Origin: a virus
Lineage: Duplodnaviria; Caudoviricetes
IMG/VR virus record: IMGVR_UViG_3300021411_000018
Span: 1 to 28,945 of that record
Strand: one strand, 5' to 3'
Length of the DNA: 28,945 bases
This document shows, piece by piece, positions 7,974-17,748 of the stretch (position 1 is its first letter; every line of letters starts with the position of its first letter). A model generated the notes under the pieces. The model saw only the letters and a program-made list of their open reading frames with translations. It was not told the origin of the DNA and did no database searches. Made by a program: the position numbers and the translations under genes.

Positions 7974-8327
7974 ATGGGTGCAGTTACTTTCACCAAAGCC
8001 ACTCCTGGCGGCACGACCCTCAAGGGCGGTCACGGCACGCCTGTGATCGACAACAAGCGGGTGGTTCGTGGGACTCTGACATTCTCAGCGTCCTATGCCA
8101 CGGGCGGCGACACGCTTGACCTCAAGACGGTTGGTCTGACGGAGCTGACGTACATCCTTGTGGACGCGACCGCTCCGCTCGGCAACATCAGCGGTCTGTC
8201 GATCCTGTTGGGTGGCACGAAGATCGCGCCACTGATCTCGGCGTTCGACAGCAACGCCACTCAGGTCACCAGCACGACCGATCTTTCGGCACGCACAGCG
8301 ATTCCCGTTTGGCTGCTTGGTTCCTAG
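7974..8327 (+). CDS. Virion structural protein (beta-rich, possible capsid decoration)
   Basis: GAGAGG SD then ATG 7974 (MGAVTFTKATPGG...); SYATGGDTLDL..VGL motif; the track start at 7893 runs through the hairpin and is unlikely. Confidence 0.7.
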   Translation: MGAVTFTKATPGGTTLKGGHGTPVIDNKRVVRGTLTFSASYATGGDTLDLKTVGLTELTYILVDATAPLGNISGLSILLGGTKIAPLISAFDSNATQVTSTTDLSARTAIPVWLLGS

Positions 8328-8597
8328 ATGTCCCACTACCACGCCGATGCATGGGGCGGCACCGCCCTCGACGACTTCTACGGCGGTGTTCTGCCTCAGC
8401 AGGCGATCGTGCCGTCGAACGGCGAACTCGTGCAAGGCCAGTGGGACGAGGACGTAGAGGTTCCTGATGCAAAGTTCTGCATCAGCACCAGCGCTAAGAC
8501 GGACAAGCAGTGCCGTGCTTACCCGAAGAAGGGTGAGCTGCATTGCATCTACCACCTACACAGGGTGAAGGCGTCTGTCGATGGCGCTGACACTTGA
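8328..8597 (+). CDS. Hypothetical protein with C-terminal C-x10-C-x10-C-x2-H motif
   Basis: CISTSAKTDKQCRAYPKKGELHCIYH; abuts the previous stop and overlaps the next start. Confidence 0.7.
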   Translation: MSHYHADAWGGTALDDFYGGVLPQQAIVPSNGELVQGQWDEDVEVPDAKFCISTSAKTDKQCRAYPKKGELHCIYHLHRVKASVDGADT

Positions 8598-9261
8598 CGC
8601 CATCAGGACGTTTGTCCGACTTCATCTAGACCTCGATACCGAAGACCTTCCCGATTCGCTGGTCGACGTCTTCATTCGTGAAGGCTCGAAGCGGATCGAG
8701 AAGGCGTCTTCGCGCTGGCCGTTCTACGAGAAGGTGTGGACCGTCTCTACGATGGCGGGCCAGCGCTCGTATCCGTTTACGGACATCGGTACGGATGTTG
8801 ATCAGATCGCAGCCATCTTGAGGGACGACGAGACGTTGCATTGGGTCGGCAACGACCTCTATTCGATCCTCAACCCGATCGACGCCACAAGCCAGTCGAA
8901 GCCCGTGCAGTACGCCTGGTGGAACGACACGCTCTACCTGACGCCCACGCCTGATTCGGCGTACACGTTGACGGTGTTCGGGTACCGCGACCCGATCGAT
9001 TGGATTGCGAACGGTGCTGGCGCCCAGCCCGACCTACCCGACGAGCTACACAACACGGTAGCGATATGGGCTTTGTCGAAGGCGTACATCCAGCAGGAGG
9101 ACCCCGAAATGGGGTCTGTATATGAGCGTCAGTTCGCTGACGAGTTGACCGAGTTCAAACGACGTATCACGGAGACACCGCACCCTCAACCGCTTGTCCT
9201 CAACGGGCAGGCAATGTCGGTTATGCGACCCTTCGGTCGAATGCGTTTCGATTGGGAGTAG
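8581..9261 (+). CDS. Head-tail adaptor (functional analogue of P22 gp4/T7 gp11)
   Basis: MALTLDAIR..VR..LD, RWPFYE, P..YA.W...LYL.PTPD..YTL, P.LPDELH..V..WAL..AY patterns of podoviral adaptor proteins; position before the nozzle. Confidence 0.75.
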   Translation: MALTLDAIRTFVRLHLDLDTEDLPDSLVDVFIREGSKRIEKASSRWPFYEKVWTVSTMAGQRSYPFTDIGTDVDQIAAILRDDETLHWVGNDLYSILNPIDATSQSKPVQYAWWNDTLYLTPTPDSAYTLTVFGYRDPIDWIANGAGAQPDLPDELHNTVAIWALSKAYIQQEDPEMGSVYERQFADELTEFKRRITETPHPQPLVLNGQAMSVMRPFGRMRFDWE

Positions 9262-9264
9262 GCA

Positions 9265-10842
9265 ATGCCTCCCCGCATTGAGCTGGAACACCAAAGGGAC
9301 TTCACTGGCGGTTTGAACGTTGCGGACGATCCGATCAACCTTGAACCGACCGAGTCGTTTGCACTCATTAATGTCGACATCGATCGACGTGGTGGGTTCG
9401 GCATTCGACGTGGTTCACGTCGATGGATCGAAGATCCGACGACCCTCAGTGAGGACGTCGACTCGATCTACACGTATGTAGATCCGTCTGGTGTGCGTCA
9501 TCTGTTGGCGGCATCCGAGGGCCAGGTGCAGCGCTGGAACGGAACGACCTGGGTTGAGATACAGGCCGCCGTCAGTGCGGGCACGACGTGGTTTATCGAG
9601 ATGGAAGACGCCCTATATCTCGTTCATGCCTCGCGTAGCGTCACTCGCTGGACGGGTAGCGGTTCCACGACTGCGATTACGGCAGCAGGTTTCAATGACA
9701 ACTTGGGTGCGCCTGCGAACAACCGCATGATCCATGGACGCTGTGCGGCGGTCCACAACGGCGTGCTGTTCATGGCGAACATCATTGACAGCTTGGATGC
9801 CGCTACTCACCAGAGTCGTATCAGGTGGTCGCATCCGAACAAGCCTCGTGACTGGCGAACCAACGATTGGATTGACATCGACCCTGAGGACGGTTGCGGT
9901 CCGATCACGGCGCTCGTACCGATGGCCGACCGACTCGTCATCTTCAAGGAACGGGCGATCTACACGTTGCACGGTTTCCCACCCGAGGGGTTCAGTGTCA
10001 CAGCCATCACTCGTGATGTCGGGACTCCAAGCAACTACTCGTTGTCCGCTACTGAGAGTGTCGTCTACTTTTGGGATGTCCGCAAAGGCGCATTCGAGCT
10101 GACGGAACGCTCCCTGAAATGGATCTTCCGTCCGCTCTACCCGTACATCGATGACAACCAAATGGACCTGGCGATGTCAGCGGACACGCTCTGCGAGTTC
10201 CATAACGATCGCGCCTGGTTCTCTGTGCCCTGGACGGCTGCACCGTACTCCAACCTGAACCTTGGCCTCGTGTACGCCCCCACGGTCGGTCAGGGGGCTT
10301 GGACGTTGCACGACAGGACGGCTGCGTGTCTGCACGTTCATCGGGCGTCCTCTGGGGCCGACGTCCATCTGTTGGGCGGCAACGGGCTTTACGTCATGGA
10401 GCTGGACGTCGCGAACTACTACGTAGACGAGACGCCAGACACGGAGGCAACGAGTCGCATCGATGCCAGCTATACCACGCGATGGTTTGACGCTAAGAAC
10501 AAGGCTCTACAGAAGCGATTCAAGCGACCGATCGTCGTTGTTGGATTGAACGCAGATCAAGAATTTCATGTAGATGTGTTCTCCGACTATGACCCGACTT
10601 CGGTGAAACGCTCGTTCTCGTTGTTCACGTTTGTTGACGAAGCCGAGGGAGTTTGGGACGTCGACAATTGGGATGAGGCTAACTGGGCGGGTGAGATCGG
10701 TGAGGCGGCGAAGATTCTTCGTGGCTCACCGTTGAGCAACGGAACGGCACGAGCGTTGCGTTTCTCAAATGTGACGAGTGGCGTTGATTGGCGTATCCAC
10801 GGTCTAACGATCAAGTGGGTCAGTAAGAGGATAAGGAACTAG
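9265..10842 (+). CDS. Tail nozzle/stabilisation protein (functional analogue of P22 gp10/T7 gp12)
   Basis: DFTGGLN start, NVDID.RGG...R.G, SRIRWS, ITAL....DRLVIFKE.AIY; beta-propeller-like composition; 525 aa. Confidence 0.78.
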   Translation: MPPRIELEHQRDFTGGLNVADDPINLEPTESFALINVDIDRRGGFGIRRGSRRWIEDPTTLSEDVDSIYTYVDPSGVRHLLAASEGQVQRWNGTTWVEIQAAVSAGTTWFIEMEDALYLVHASRSVTRWTGSGSTTAITAAGFNDNLGAPANNRMIHGRCAAVHNGVLFMANIIDSLDAATHQSRIRWSHPNKPRDWRTNDWIDIDPEDGCGPITALVPMADRLVIFKERAIYTLHGFPPEGFSVTAITRDVGTPSNYSLSATESVVYFWDVRKGAFELTERSLKWIFRPLYPYIDDNQMDLAMSADTLCEFHNDRAWFSVPWTAAPYSNLNLGLVYAPTVGQGAWTLHDRTAACLHVHRASSGADVHLLGGNGLYVMELDVANYYVDETPDTEATSRIDASYTTRWFDAKNKALQKRFKRPIVVVGLNADQEFHVDVFSDYDPTSVKRSFSLFTFVDEAEGVWDVDNWDEANWAGEIGEAAKILRGSPLSNGTARALRFSNVTSGVDWRIHGLTIKWVSKRIRN

Positions 10843-10844
10843 TC

Positions 10845-11465
10845 GTGGCAACAGCATCAGTCACATATCCCGACTTCGTGTCGGGCACACTGATCCAGTC
10901 GGCGCAGGTTGACACGAACTTTGCCGACATCGTGTCGTTCCTCAACAACGAAACGATCCACAAGGACGGCAGCGTCGCCGCTACCGCGCATTTAAGTGGC
11001 CCTGCTACTGATCCTTCGTCTGGTGCGCAGTACACCAACAAGACGTATGTCGACCGTCTCGGCATCGTTGCCCAGGAAGCGCTGACGGCTTCTACTGGCA
11101 ACTTTGGGGCTAACGCTGACACTGACATGAACCTCGCCAACGTGTCGGTAGTGGCTGGTCGCACGTATTCGGTTCACCTGCACACTCAGTGCCAGTTCAA
11201 CAACGTTAACCCCGCGTCACAGTGGGAGATCTTCTTAAAGATCAACGGCGCCGAGTTTGACCGTTTCTGGCATATGGAGCCACGCACCACGGGCGTGGTC
11301 GTTGGAACCATCGACAGCTACGTCTACTGGACCCCCAGCGTCACAGCAGCGACCGACGACCTGCTTGTCTCTGTCAGGGAGGTGGTTGACGGTGCGACCT
11401 TGCAGTTCGAGGCAAGCGCTGTTGCGAAGCGCACTCTGACACTCACTGACCTCGGAGTGCTGTAG
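10845..11465 (+). CDS. Tail fibre/spike-like protein
   Basis: N-terminal F.SGT.I.SAQV..NF..IV.FLN anchor-like motif, P.....NKTYVD repeat-type motif and a beta-rich C-terminus. Confidence 0.65.
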   Translation: MATASVTYPDFVSGTLIQSAQVDTNFADIVSFLNNETIHKDGSVAATAHLSGPATDPSSGAQYTNKTYVDRLGIVAQEALTASTGNFGANADTDMNLANVSVVAGRTYSVHLHTQCQFNNVNPASQWEIFLKINGAEFDRFWHMEPRTTGVVVGTIDSYVYWTPSVTAATDDLLVSVREVVDGATLQFEASAVAKRTLTLTDLGVL

Positions 11466-11983
11466 TGCTCCGCAATGCCCGTCTCGGCTGGCATGACCCG
11501 ATCGCCAATGCGTTCACGGGACCTGATGCCGACACTCTGAGACGAACGTTTCAGTCGTTGCAGACGTGGCTGGATTTCCCGATCGTGGGCCTCACAGGAT
11601 CGGTATCAGCCTTTGCTGCGGGGAACGCGACCGTGGCATGGGGTACCGAGCTGTATGACGACTACAACCTGCATGACACCAGCGCTACGACGATCCGAGC
11701 ACCGCAACAGGCACAGCGGTTCTTTGTTGTGGGTGCAGTCACGGGCAAGTGGGCGGGCACTGGCGCAGGCCGACGCATCTTCACGTGGCTAAAGAGCGGT
11801 GTTGCCACCAACTTTAACAACAGCAACAGTACGGCTGTTACTGCGAACCCGTTGACAGCAGTGTTCATGGGGACGCTGCTGCGCACGGAGACGTTAGGTG
11901 TGCAGGTCACCCACGATGCTGCCACGAATCAGTCGGTTGCCGATATGGAGCTGTGGTTGATCTTCCTGCCCATGGGCGGATGA
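11465..11983 (+). CDS. Tail-associated beta-sandwich protein
   Basis: TAGTG overlap with the previous gene; W.TELYD...H motif and beta-strand pattern. Confidence 0.6.
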   Translation: MLRNARLGWHDPIANAFTGPDADTLRRTFQSLQTWLDFPIVGLTGSVSAFAAGNATVAWGTELYDDYNLHDTSATTIRAPQQAQRFFVVGAVTGKWAGTGAGRRIFTWLKSGVATNFNNSNSTAVTANPLTAVFMGTLLRTETLGVQVTHDAATNQSVADMELWLIFLPMGG

Positions 11984-12007
11984 TGGACACGTTGAGGTTT
12001 AGGTAGA
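11984..12007 (+). promoter_or_regulatory. Candidate late promoter motif copy 3 (TGGACA-N13-GTAGA)
   Basis: tggaca cgttgaggtttag gtaga; directly after the stop at 11983 and before the ejection-protein module. Confidence 0.55.
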
Positions 12008-12018
12008 GGTTTCGACAC

Positions 12019-12447
12019 ATGGCGATGCAAGGGCTAGCTCCGCAACAGCTCTACGATTTCCAATCGCAGCGCAACACCTACGGCCAGGATCTGGCGCGTA
12101 GCAAGGCGGGCAACCTCTATCAGCAGCAGCTCGGCAACATGACGTTGGGGCGCAACACCCGCAATTACAACAACATGTGGAATCAGCGCCGAACCGAGTT
12201 GCCCACAAGTTTCTTGCAGCGTGGCGTCGGCCGCTCGGGCATCTATCAGGGTGCGCTACAGAACTACGCGAGGGATCGGTCGTCTGGCTTGTCCGATCTG
12301 CTGCTGAATCACCAGCTCGCACAGCAGGGCATGGTGTTCCAGGACCGTGGGTTTGAGGACGAGTACGCACAGCAAATGGCTAACAACTACGCACGTCAGT
12401 ACACGTCGCAGGCGCAGATAGCGTCCACACTTCGAGGGGCGATGTAA
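12019..12447 (+). CDS. Putative internal virion/ejection protein 1
   Basis: Q/N/Y-rich, helical, contains QRGVGRSGI; GAGGT SD; position after the tail genes in a podovirus layout. Confidence 0.6.
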   Translation: MAMQGLAPQQLYDFQSQRNTYGQDLARSKAGNLYQQQLGNMTLGRNTRNYNNMWNQRRTELPTSFLQRGVGRSGIYQGALQNYARDRSSGLSDLLLNHQLAQQGMVFQDRGFEDEYAQQMANNYARQYTSQAQIASTLRGAM

Positions 12448-13245
12448 ATGCCTGCTCCCTATACGAGAAGCCAGAATGAACTGAACGCTGGCTACAAGCC
12501 GAAGCCTAAGCCGAAGCCAAAGCGAACTGGGACACGCCTCAGTGGCCGCAGTAACGAGGAGCTGCTTGCGGGCTACGGCGGTCAGACGGCGGGCTACAGC
12601 GCACAGTACGTGCCTCCTCCCCAGGACGATCGGACACTCAGGGACCTTCGACCCGACCTGTTCGGCGGCGGTGGCGGCGGCGGAGGCGGCGGGGGTGGCG
12701 GCTACGACGCTGATGCTGCACGCCGTGCCGAGGAGGAGCGGCGCCGTCTCGCTATGCGCAAGGCGATCGAAGAGCAGTACGGGCGAGCTATCGGCTCCCT
12801 CAAGGGACTGAACAGGGATACGCAGGCGGGCCTCGGTCGCGAGTACAACGCCGCCAAGGGGCGCATGGCGCCCATCTACCAGCAGAACCAGGCACAGACA
12901 GGCGCCTACAGCAAGCAGCTTGCGTCGCTCGCGCAGAACGCCTCTCGTGGCGTCCTCGACCAGGGGGCAATGCTGTCCCGTGACCTACAGGGCCAGGGCG
13001 GCTACGGCATGGCTGGTCTACAGGGTCAAATCTCTGGTGACGTGCGAGACATCCTGGGCGCCAGGAGCGCAGGGGACCAGTACAACACGCGACTGGCGCA
13101 GGTCATGGGTCTTAGCCAGACCGACAACTCTGCGATGTTGAACGCCATCCTGCAGGGTGCTCAGTCGACTCGCCAGAACTCTTACGATCAGCAGTTCAAC
13201 CAGTTGACTGCCGAGCAGGCGATGCGCCTAGCGGAGCTGGCCTAA
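12448..13245 (+). CDS. Putative internal virion/ejection protein 2
   Basis: KP repeats, poly-Gly linker and Q/A/G-rich helices; tightly coupled to neighbours. Confidence 0.6.
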   Translation: MPAPYTRSQNELNAGYKPKPKPKPKRTGTRLSGRSNEELLAGYGGQTAGYSAQYVPPPQDDRTLRDLRPDLFGGGGGGGGGGGGGYDADAARRAEEERRRLAMRKAIEEQYGRAIGSLKGLNRDTQAGLGREYNAAKGRMAPIYQQNQAQTGAYSKQLASLAQNASRGVLDQGAMLSRDLQGQGGYGMAGLQGQISGDVRDILGARSAGDQYNTRLAQVMGLSQTDNSAMLNAILQGAQSTRQNSYDQQFNQLTAEQAMRLAELA

Positions 13246-14339
13246 TGTCTGGCAACGGCGACTGGGGCGACCTCACGGTCGCTGATCTTGAAGCGATGGG
13301 CCTGACGCTCGAAGACCTCGACTCCATCATGGGGGAACAGGGCACGGGCATGGACTACGGCTCGTACGGTGTCCTCGACCCGATCGACATCAGCAAGCAG
13401 GCCACCCAGTGGGATGTCCTCGATGCGCAGAAGACGGCTCGTGCTGCGAACGCACCGCCGTCACCTACTGAGCGTCGACTGAGTCGAAATTTCATCTTCC
13501 CGAACCCTGACGAATTCAGCTACGACGCAGCGCTACAAGCCAACCCGTACATTCGGCAACTGCTGATTGACGCAGTCGGCACTGTCGGCCCCGATGATCC
13601 GTATGGGGCGAATGCCTGGCTTGCGGGCAAGGACCAGGAAGACGAGTGGGCGGGCGCTGTTGACAAGGCGCTCCCCGATTTTGAGAACATCGCTGACACG
13701 GTGATGTTCGATGATCCTGATTGGGCGACCACTAACGAGGACAAGCAGCGGGCGCTGCTGACTCAGTATCTGCAATCCGAGGGTGAGAACTGGCTTGCTG
13801 GTGCTGCACCGTCTGCCTCTCGTAATACTAATTGGGCGGATTGGGCAGAGAACCGTCGCCCTGGTTCGGGTGAGCAGTTCCCCATGTTCGAGGGCGCAGG
13901 CTTCGACCAGGGCCAGGGCGACCCCCAGCAGGGCGGCGGCGGTGGTGGTCAGCAGCGTGGTGGCTATGAGCCTCGTGTGAGGACAGATCCGTCAATGTTC
14001 AGTGAGGGTGCTCGTCCCGATGCGGCTGCTGAGATGTCCGCATACGATTTCCGTAAGGCGTACCAGAACACGCTGTTGAAGAACACGGCGCTGCTCGAAG
14101 AGGGCGATCGTGTCGAAGATCCCGATGGCGGCTATTGGGTGATCAGTAAGGGTTCGATGCCGAAGACGGCGGTTGAACGCAAGCGGCGCTCGAACAAGAA
14201 CAATGCCGCACGGACCCGTCTGCGGCGCCGCGGTCAGGGTGACGACAGTGGTGACAGCACGGTCGGTCGTGCCCGCCGTTCGTGGCAGCCGACGTCGAAT
14301 CCGATCTCTCGCTGGTTGGGTGACAGGGTCGGCAGGTAG
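13245..14339 (+). CDS. Putative internal virion/ejection protein 3
   Basis: 364 aa; acidic N-terminal two-thirds, Gly/Gln linker, Arg-rich C-terminus; TAATG overlap. Confidence 0.6.
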   Translation: MSGNGDWGDLTVADLEAMGLTLEDLDSIMGEQGTGMDYGSYGVLDPIDISKQATQWDVLDAQKTARAANAPPSPTERRLSRNFIFPNPDEFSYDAALQANPYIRQLLIDAVGTVGPDDPYGANAWLAGKDQEDEWAGAVDKALPDFENIADTVMFDDPDWATTNEDKQRALLTQYLQSEGENWLAGAAPSASRNTNWADWAENRRPGSGEQFPMFEGAGFDQGQGDPQQGGGGGGQQRGGYEPRVRTDPSMFSEGARPDAAAEMSAYDFRKAYQNTLLKNTALLEEGDRVEDPDGGYWVISKGSMPKTAVERKRRSNKNNAARTRLRRRGQGDDSGDSTVGRARRSWQPTSNPISRWLGDRVGR

Positions 14340-14341
14340 TT

Positions 14342-17300
14342 ATGCCGCAACGTCTGCCTCCGTGGCTGGCGGTGTTGGCGAGGCGTCAGGTCAATCCGAC
14401 ACGCGGCATTCCGCTCAGATCCGTCGCCCTCGGGCGGCTGCCTGGCTCGTTGTCGAACGAGGACATTGGTTCGCGGCGAAGCGGTGGTGGCTCGCGCCGT
14501 AAGAAGAAGAAGCAGCCCGACACCAAGACACCCGAAGGTGTCGTCCAGCGTCTACGTGACCAAGGATTTGATCTCGATCAGATCGAAGAGATCGTCGGTG
14601 ACGCTGATGTCGACAGCTTCGACCCGCTCTCCCCTAGCGACTGGTTGAGCGGCGGCGGCGACCTTCTCACTGGGGTTCTCGACAAGCTCGACATCCCTCG
14701 TGCCGCCGTGATGTCGGGCCTTGTCGAGACAAGCGACCTCCTGTCGAAACTTCCAGGCGGCCGTCCTGTGAAGGAGACTGAGAACCTACAGCAGACGGGT
14801 GTCTCTTGGCAGGATTTCATACAGAACTTTAACAACCGTGTTGGTTTTGCTGATGTCCTAGAAGCCAACCCTGACAAAGACTTTCTCGGAATGAACACCG
14901 AGAACCCTGCCGTGAAGGCGGGCCTCGGCTTTGCTGTTGACGTCGCAACCGATCCGCTCAACTACCTCGGGGTCGGTCTACCTGATGATGCGGCGAAGGT
15001 GGCGCAGGCGTTCCGTGGTGAGGGGGCGATAGCTGCCCTCGGTAAGGAAGCGGCCGACGAAGCGGGGGGACGTGTCCTTCAACGGGGTGTGACGTCTCTC
15101 GGTAAGGAAGAGTTGGAGGCGGTCGGTGAGAAGGGCGGTCTGTACTTCAAGACGCCTGGCACTGGTGTGGTTGGTCGGACGCTCAAGCTCGACAAGCTCA
15201 TGGGTAACCCTGAGCGGTACACGACGCTTGCGAAGCGTGGCACACGTCTCGGTGATCTCGCGACGGAAGCGGCACAGCTCACACGTAAGGCAACGGGCCT
15301 GAACGCCGCTCTAAGGCACATCGGTGGGGGTGCGGCCAACAAGGGCTTGGCGGGCAACCTGGGGCCTCTGAGGGCGGCTACACGGGGTGCTAACGACATC
15401 GCCAAACCGCTCGATGCGTTGGTGACGGTCAAGAGCGAATCGAAGGCACGGCACCTCGCGAAGGCATTCGAGGCTCGGCTGATGGATCAGTGGAAGGGGC
15501 TGCTCGCCTCAGCCAAGGGACTTGGGGTCAACGGACAGGAACTGTTCCACGCCATCGGCAACGCCGACAACGCTGTCGCTCAGAGCGAACCTGAGTTGGT
15601 TGGTGCCTTCCAGAAGTTCCTTGGCGACGCACGGGTCGAAGCGAACAAGCTCGTTGGTCGCGACGTCATCCCCGAACAAACCAACTACGTGCCGAGGGTG
15701 TTCACGGACGAGATGCGAGAGCAGCTCGGACGACCCCAGGCACGAGGCAAGGGCGGTACCCGATCCATCACCCGCAAGCGGGAATACCTCCCTGGGACGG
15801 AGCACACGTTCGGGACGGGTAAGAACAAGAAGACACTCAAGCTTGTTGACCCCGTCGAAGACGGCCGCTCGGTTGAGGGACAGATCGAAGACTTCCTAGC
15901 CGACAACGACATGACCCAGTGGTTCAAGGACGATGCCCTAGAAGTCATGCCCGACTACATTCGCAAACTGTCGGGACAGGTGAGAGACGACTACCTCGGA
16001 CAGGAGTTGAAGCGACTGGGTGTCGGTGAAGACCTGTGGCGAGAGATGCTCGACCGCGCACCCGAATCTGTCGGTCAGCTACGAATCCCCCGCATTGAGA
16101 CTGGCCTTGGTCGACGTGCCTATCAGAAGTTGACGAAGCAGATCGCTGACGCTGAGCGCATCGTTGACGAGTTCGGAGCCAAGAGCCGCGAGGCAAGGGC
16201 GCTCGACTGGGAAGACCTGCACGCAAAGGCGAAGCAGATCGGTTCGGAGTGGGAACCTCAGATCCACAACGCTCTTAACGACATCTTCAAGCAGACGGGC
16301 GAAAGGTTCGCCCAGTTCGGTACAGGCACCGCTCTCCCAGTGGACATCGTCGGTGTGCTACGTGATGTCGGGAAGATGGCTGAACCTGGTTCGTGGCGGA
16401 CTCCGCTCGGTGTTCACAACAAGTTGATGGCGATGTGGAAGAAGGCCGCACTGTTGACGCCTGGTTATCATTGGCGCAACTCGTTCGGTGGCGTCTATAT
16501 GAATTGGTTGGGGGATGTTGATGAGGGCAAGTATGCGCAGCTAGAGCGCCTTATCGCCAACGATCCCGACAATGCACCGTTCTTCCGTACGCCGATCGCC
16601 ACCAAGCCTCTGCCTTCTATAGACGATGATCAGTTGCAAGCAGGCTACGACGAAGCGAAGCGGCTCGGCGTGTTCACGGGCGGGCAGTCGATCAAAGAGA
16701 TTGAGAAGGTGACCGAAGGTCGGTGGCCGTCGCTGTTCCGTGGTTCACGTCGTCTAGGTGGTTCGATCGAGAACCGTCTGCGTGGCGCCATGTTCCTCGA
16801 TGAGTTCGTGAAGAACGGCGGCGACGGCGGACTCGCCCTCGACAAGGTGTTGAAATACCACTTCGACTACGAAGCTCTCGGCGGCATGGAAGAGAAGATC
16901 CGCCAATACGGTATCCCGTTCTACACGTACACGCGACGCTCCATTCCTCTCATGTTGGAGATGGTTGTCCGCAACCCTGGCAAGATCAACCGCTACTTCC
17001 AGGCCAAAGACAACATTGAAAGGTTGAGCGAGGAAGAGGGCATCGTCCCTGAGTACTTCACTCGCAACTTCGCTATCCGTCTCCCATGGATGGCTGACGA
17101 CAGCCAGACATACGCCATGCCCGATCTACCCCTGTTCTCGTTGATCGAAGGCTCCGACCCGAACCAGGCGCTGGGACAGATCAGTCCCGCCATCAAGACG
17201 CCGTTCGAGTTGGCAACAGGTAAGCAGATGTGGAAGGGCATCCCGCTCGAAGATGATCCTGTGGAGATCCCGTCTGCGGTCGGTTTCCTCAGACCCGCCC

Positions 17301-17614
17301 TACAGGCGATGGGTCGTACTCGCACGGACTCTGAGGGCAACGAGACGATGTCTGAGAGGGACCTGTACGCCGTCATGCAGTTCCTGCCTCAGATCGGCCA
17401 GTACCGCCGTCTGTTCCCCTCGGAGGACAAGTACGAGGAGCGGCGCATGACGTCGGTTCTGTCTTTCTTGTTCGGCGTTGGAGCTCGGACCAACACTGAT
17501 CGGGAACAAGCGAATGAGATGTGGCGGCGCTATGACCCGTACGCCGACGAAATCCAAACGAACCGTGACCTTGGGTTTGAGACGGACGAGGCTCGCGACA
17601 TGGCCTTCGAGTAG
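14342..17614 (+). CDS. Large internal virion/DNA ejection protein
   Basis: 1090 aa, helical; GFAVDVATDPLNYLG, NYVPR, PGYHWRN, YHFDY..L...E, IPFYTY.R motifs seen in large podoviral ejection proteins; last gene before lysis. Confidence 0.7.
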   Translation: MPQRLPPWLAVLARRQVNPTRGIPLRSVALGRLPGSLSNEDIGSRRSGGGSRRKKKKQPDTKTPEGVVQRLRDQGFDLDQIEEIVGDADVDSFDPLSPSDWLSGGGDLLTGVLDKLDIPRAAVMSGLVETSDLLSKLPGGRPVKETENLQQTGVSWQDFIQNFNNRVGFADVLEANPDKDFLGMNTENPAVKAGLGFAVDVATDPLNYLGVGLPDDAAKVAQAFRGEGAIAALGKEAADEAGGRVLQRGVTSLGKEELEAVGEKGGLYFKTPGTGVVGRTLKLDKLMGNPERYTTLAKRGTRLGDLATEAAQLTRKATGLNAALRHIGGGAANKGLAGNLGPLRAATRGANDIAKPLDALVTVKSESKARHLAKAFEARLMDQWKGLLASAKGLGVNGQELFHAIGNADNAVAQSEPELVGAFQKFLGDARVEANKLVGRDVIPEQTNYVPRVFTDEMREQLGRPQARGKGGTRSITRKREYLPGTEHTFGTGKNKKTLKLVDPVEDGRSVEGQIEDFLADNDMTQWFKDDALEVMPDYIRKLSGQVRDDYLGQELKRLGVGEDLWREMLDRAPESVGQLRIPRIETGLGRRAYQKLTKQIADAERIVDEFGAKSREARALDWEDLHAKAKQIGSEWEPQIHNALNDIFKQTGERFAQFGTGTALPVDIVGVLRDVGKMAEPGSWRTPLGVHNKLMAMWKKAALLTPGYHWRNSFGGVYMNWLGDVDEGKYAQLERLIANDPDNAPFFRTPIATKPLPSIDDDQLQAGYDEAKRLGVFTGGQSIKEIEKVTEGRWPSLFRGSRRLGGSIENRLRGAMFLDEFVKNGGDGGLALDKVLKYHFDYEALGGMEEKIRQYGIPFYTYTRRSIPLMLEMVVRNPGKINRYFQAKDNIERLSEEEGIVPEYFTRNFAIRLPWMADDSQTYAMPDLPLFSLIEGSDPNQALGQISPAIKTPFELATGKQMWKGIPLEDDPVEIPSAVGFLRPALQAMGRTRTDSEGNETMSERDLYAVMQFLPQIGQYRRLFPSEDKYEERRMTSVLSFLFGVGARTNTDREQANEMWRRYDPYADEIQTNRDLGFETDEARDMAFE

Positions 17615-17615
17615 G

Positions 17616-17640
17616 TGGACAAACCGACCGTTAGGTGATG
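17616..17640 (+). promoter_or_regulatory. Candidate late promoter motif copy 4 (TGGACA-N13-GTGATG)
   Basis: tggaca aaccgaccgttag gtgatg; second box overlaps ATG 17638; start of the lysis module. Confidence 0.5.
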
Positions 17641-17748
17641 ACTGATCTCACCAACGAAGACGAGTCGAAGTGGTCGTTTGACGACTATGTGGCCGACGAC
17701 GAAGCGCCCGAAGGCGAAGCTGATGAAGGCGCCCCCGATGGCGACTAG
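17638..17748 (+). CDS. 36-aa highly acidic micro-protein
   Basis: Hand translation MTDLTNEDESKWSFDDYVADDEAPEGEADEGAPDGD*; overlaps the endolysin start by 11 nt. Confidence 0.55.
   Translation: MTDLTNEDESKWSFDDYVADDEAPEGEADEGAPDGD

Noticed and set aside
12664-12701. GGC-type tandem repeat as a contingency locus
   Set aside because: Imperfect in-frame triplets encoding a poly-Gly linker; length changes would not shift the frame.
2999-17557. Many long - strand ORFs in the track opposite the structural genes (and + strand ORFs opposite the early arm)
   Set aside because: Shadow ORFs expected in high-GC coding DNA; they fully overlap well-supported genes and lack motifs.
14342-17614. Tape measure protein or virion RNA polymerase
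   Set aside because: No tail tube or chaperone genes and no tape-measure periodicity; no RNAP catalytic motifs recognised; the context fits an ejection protein.
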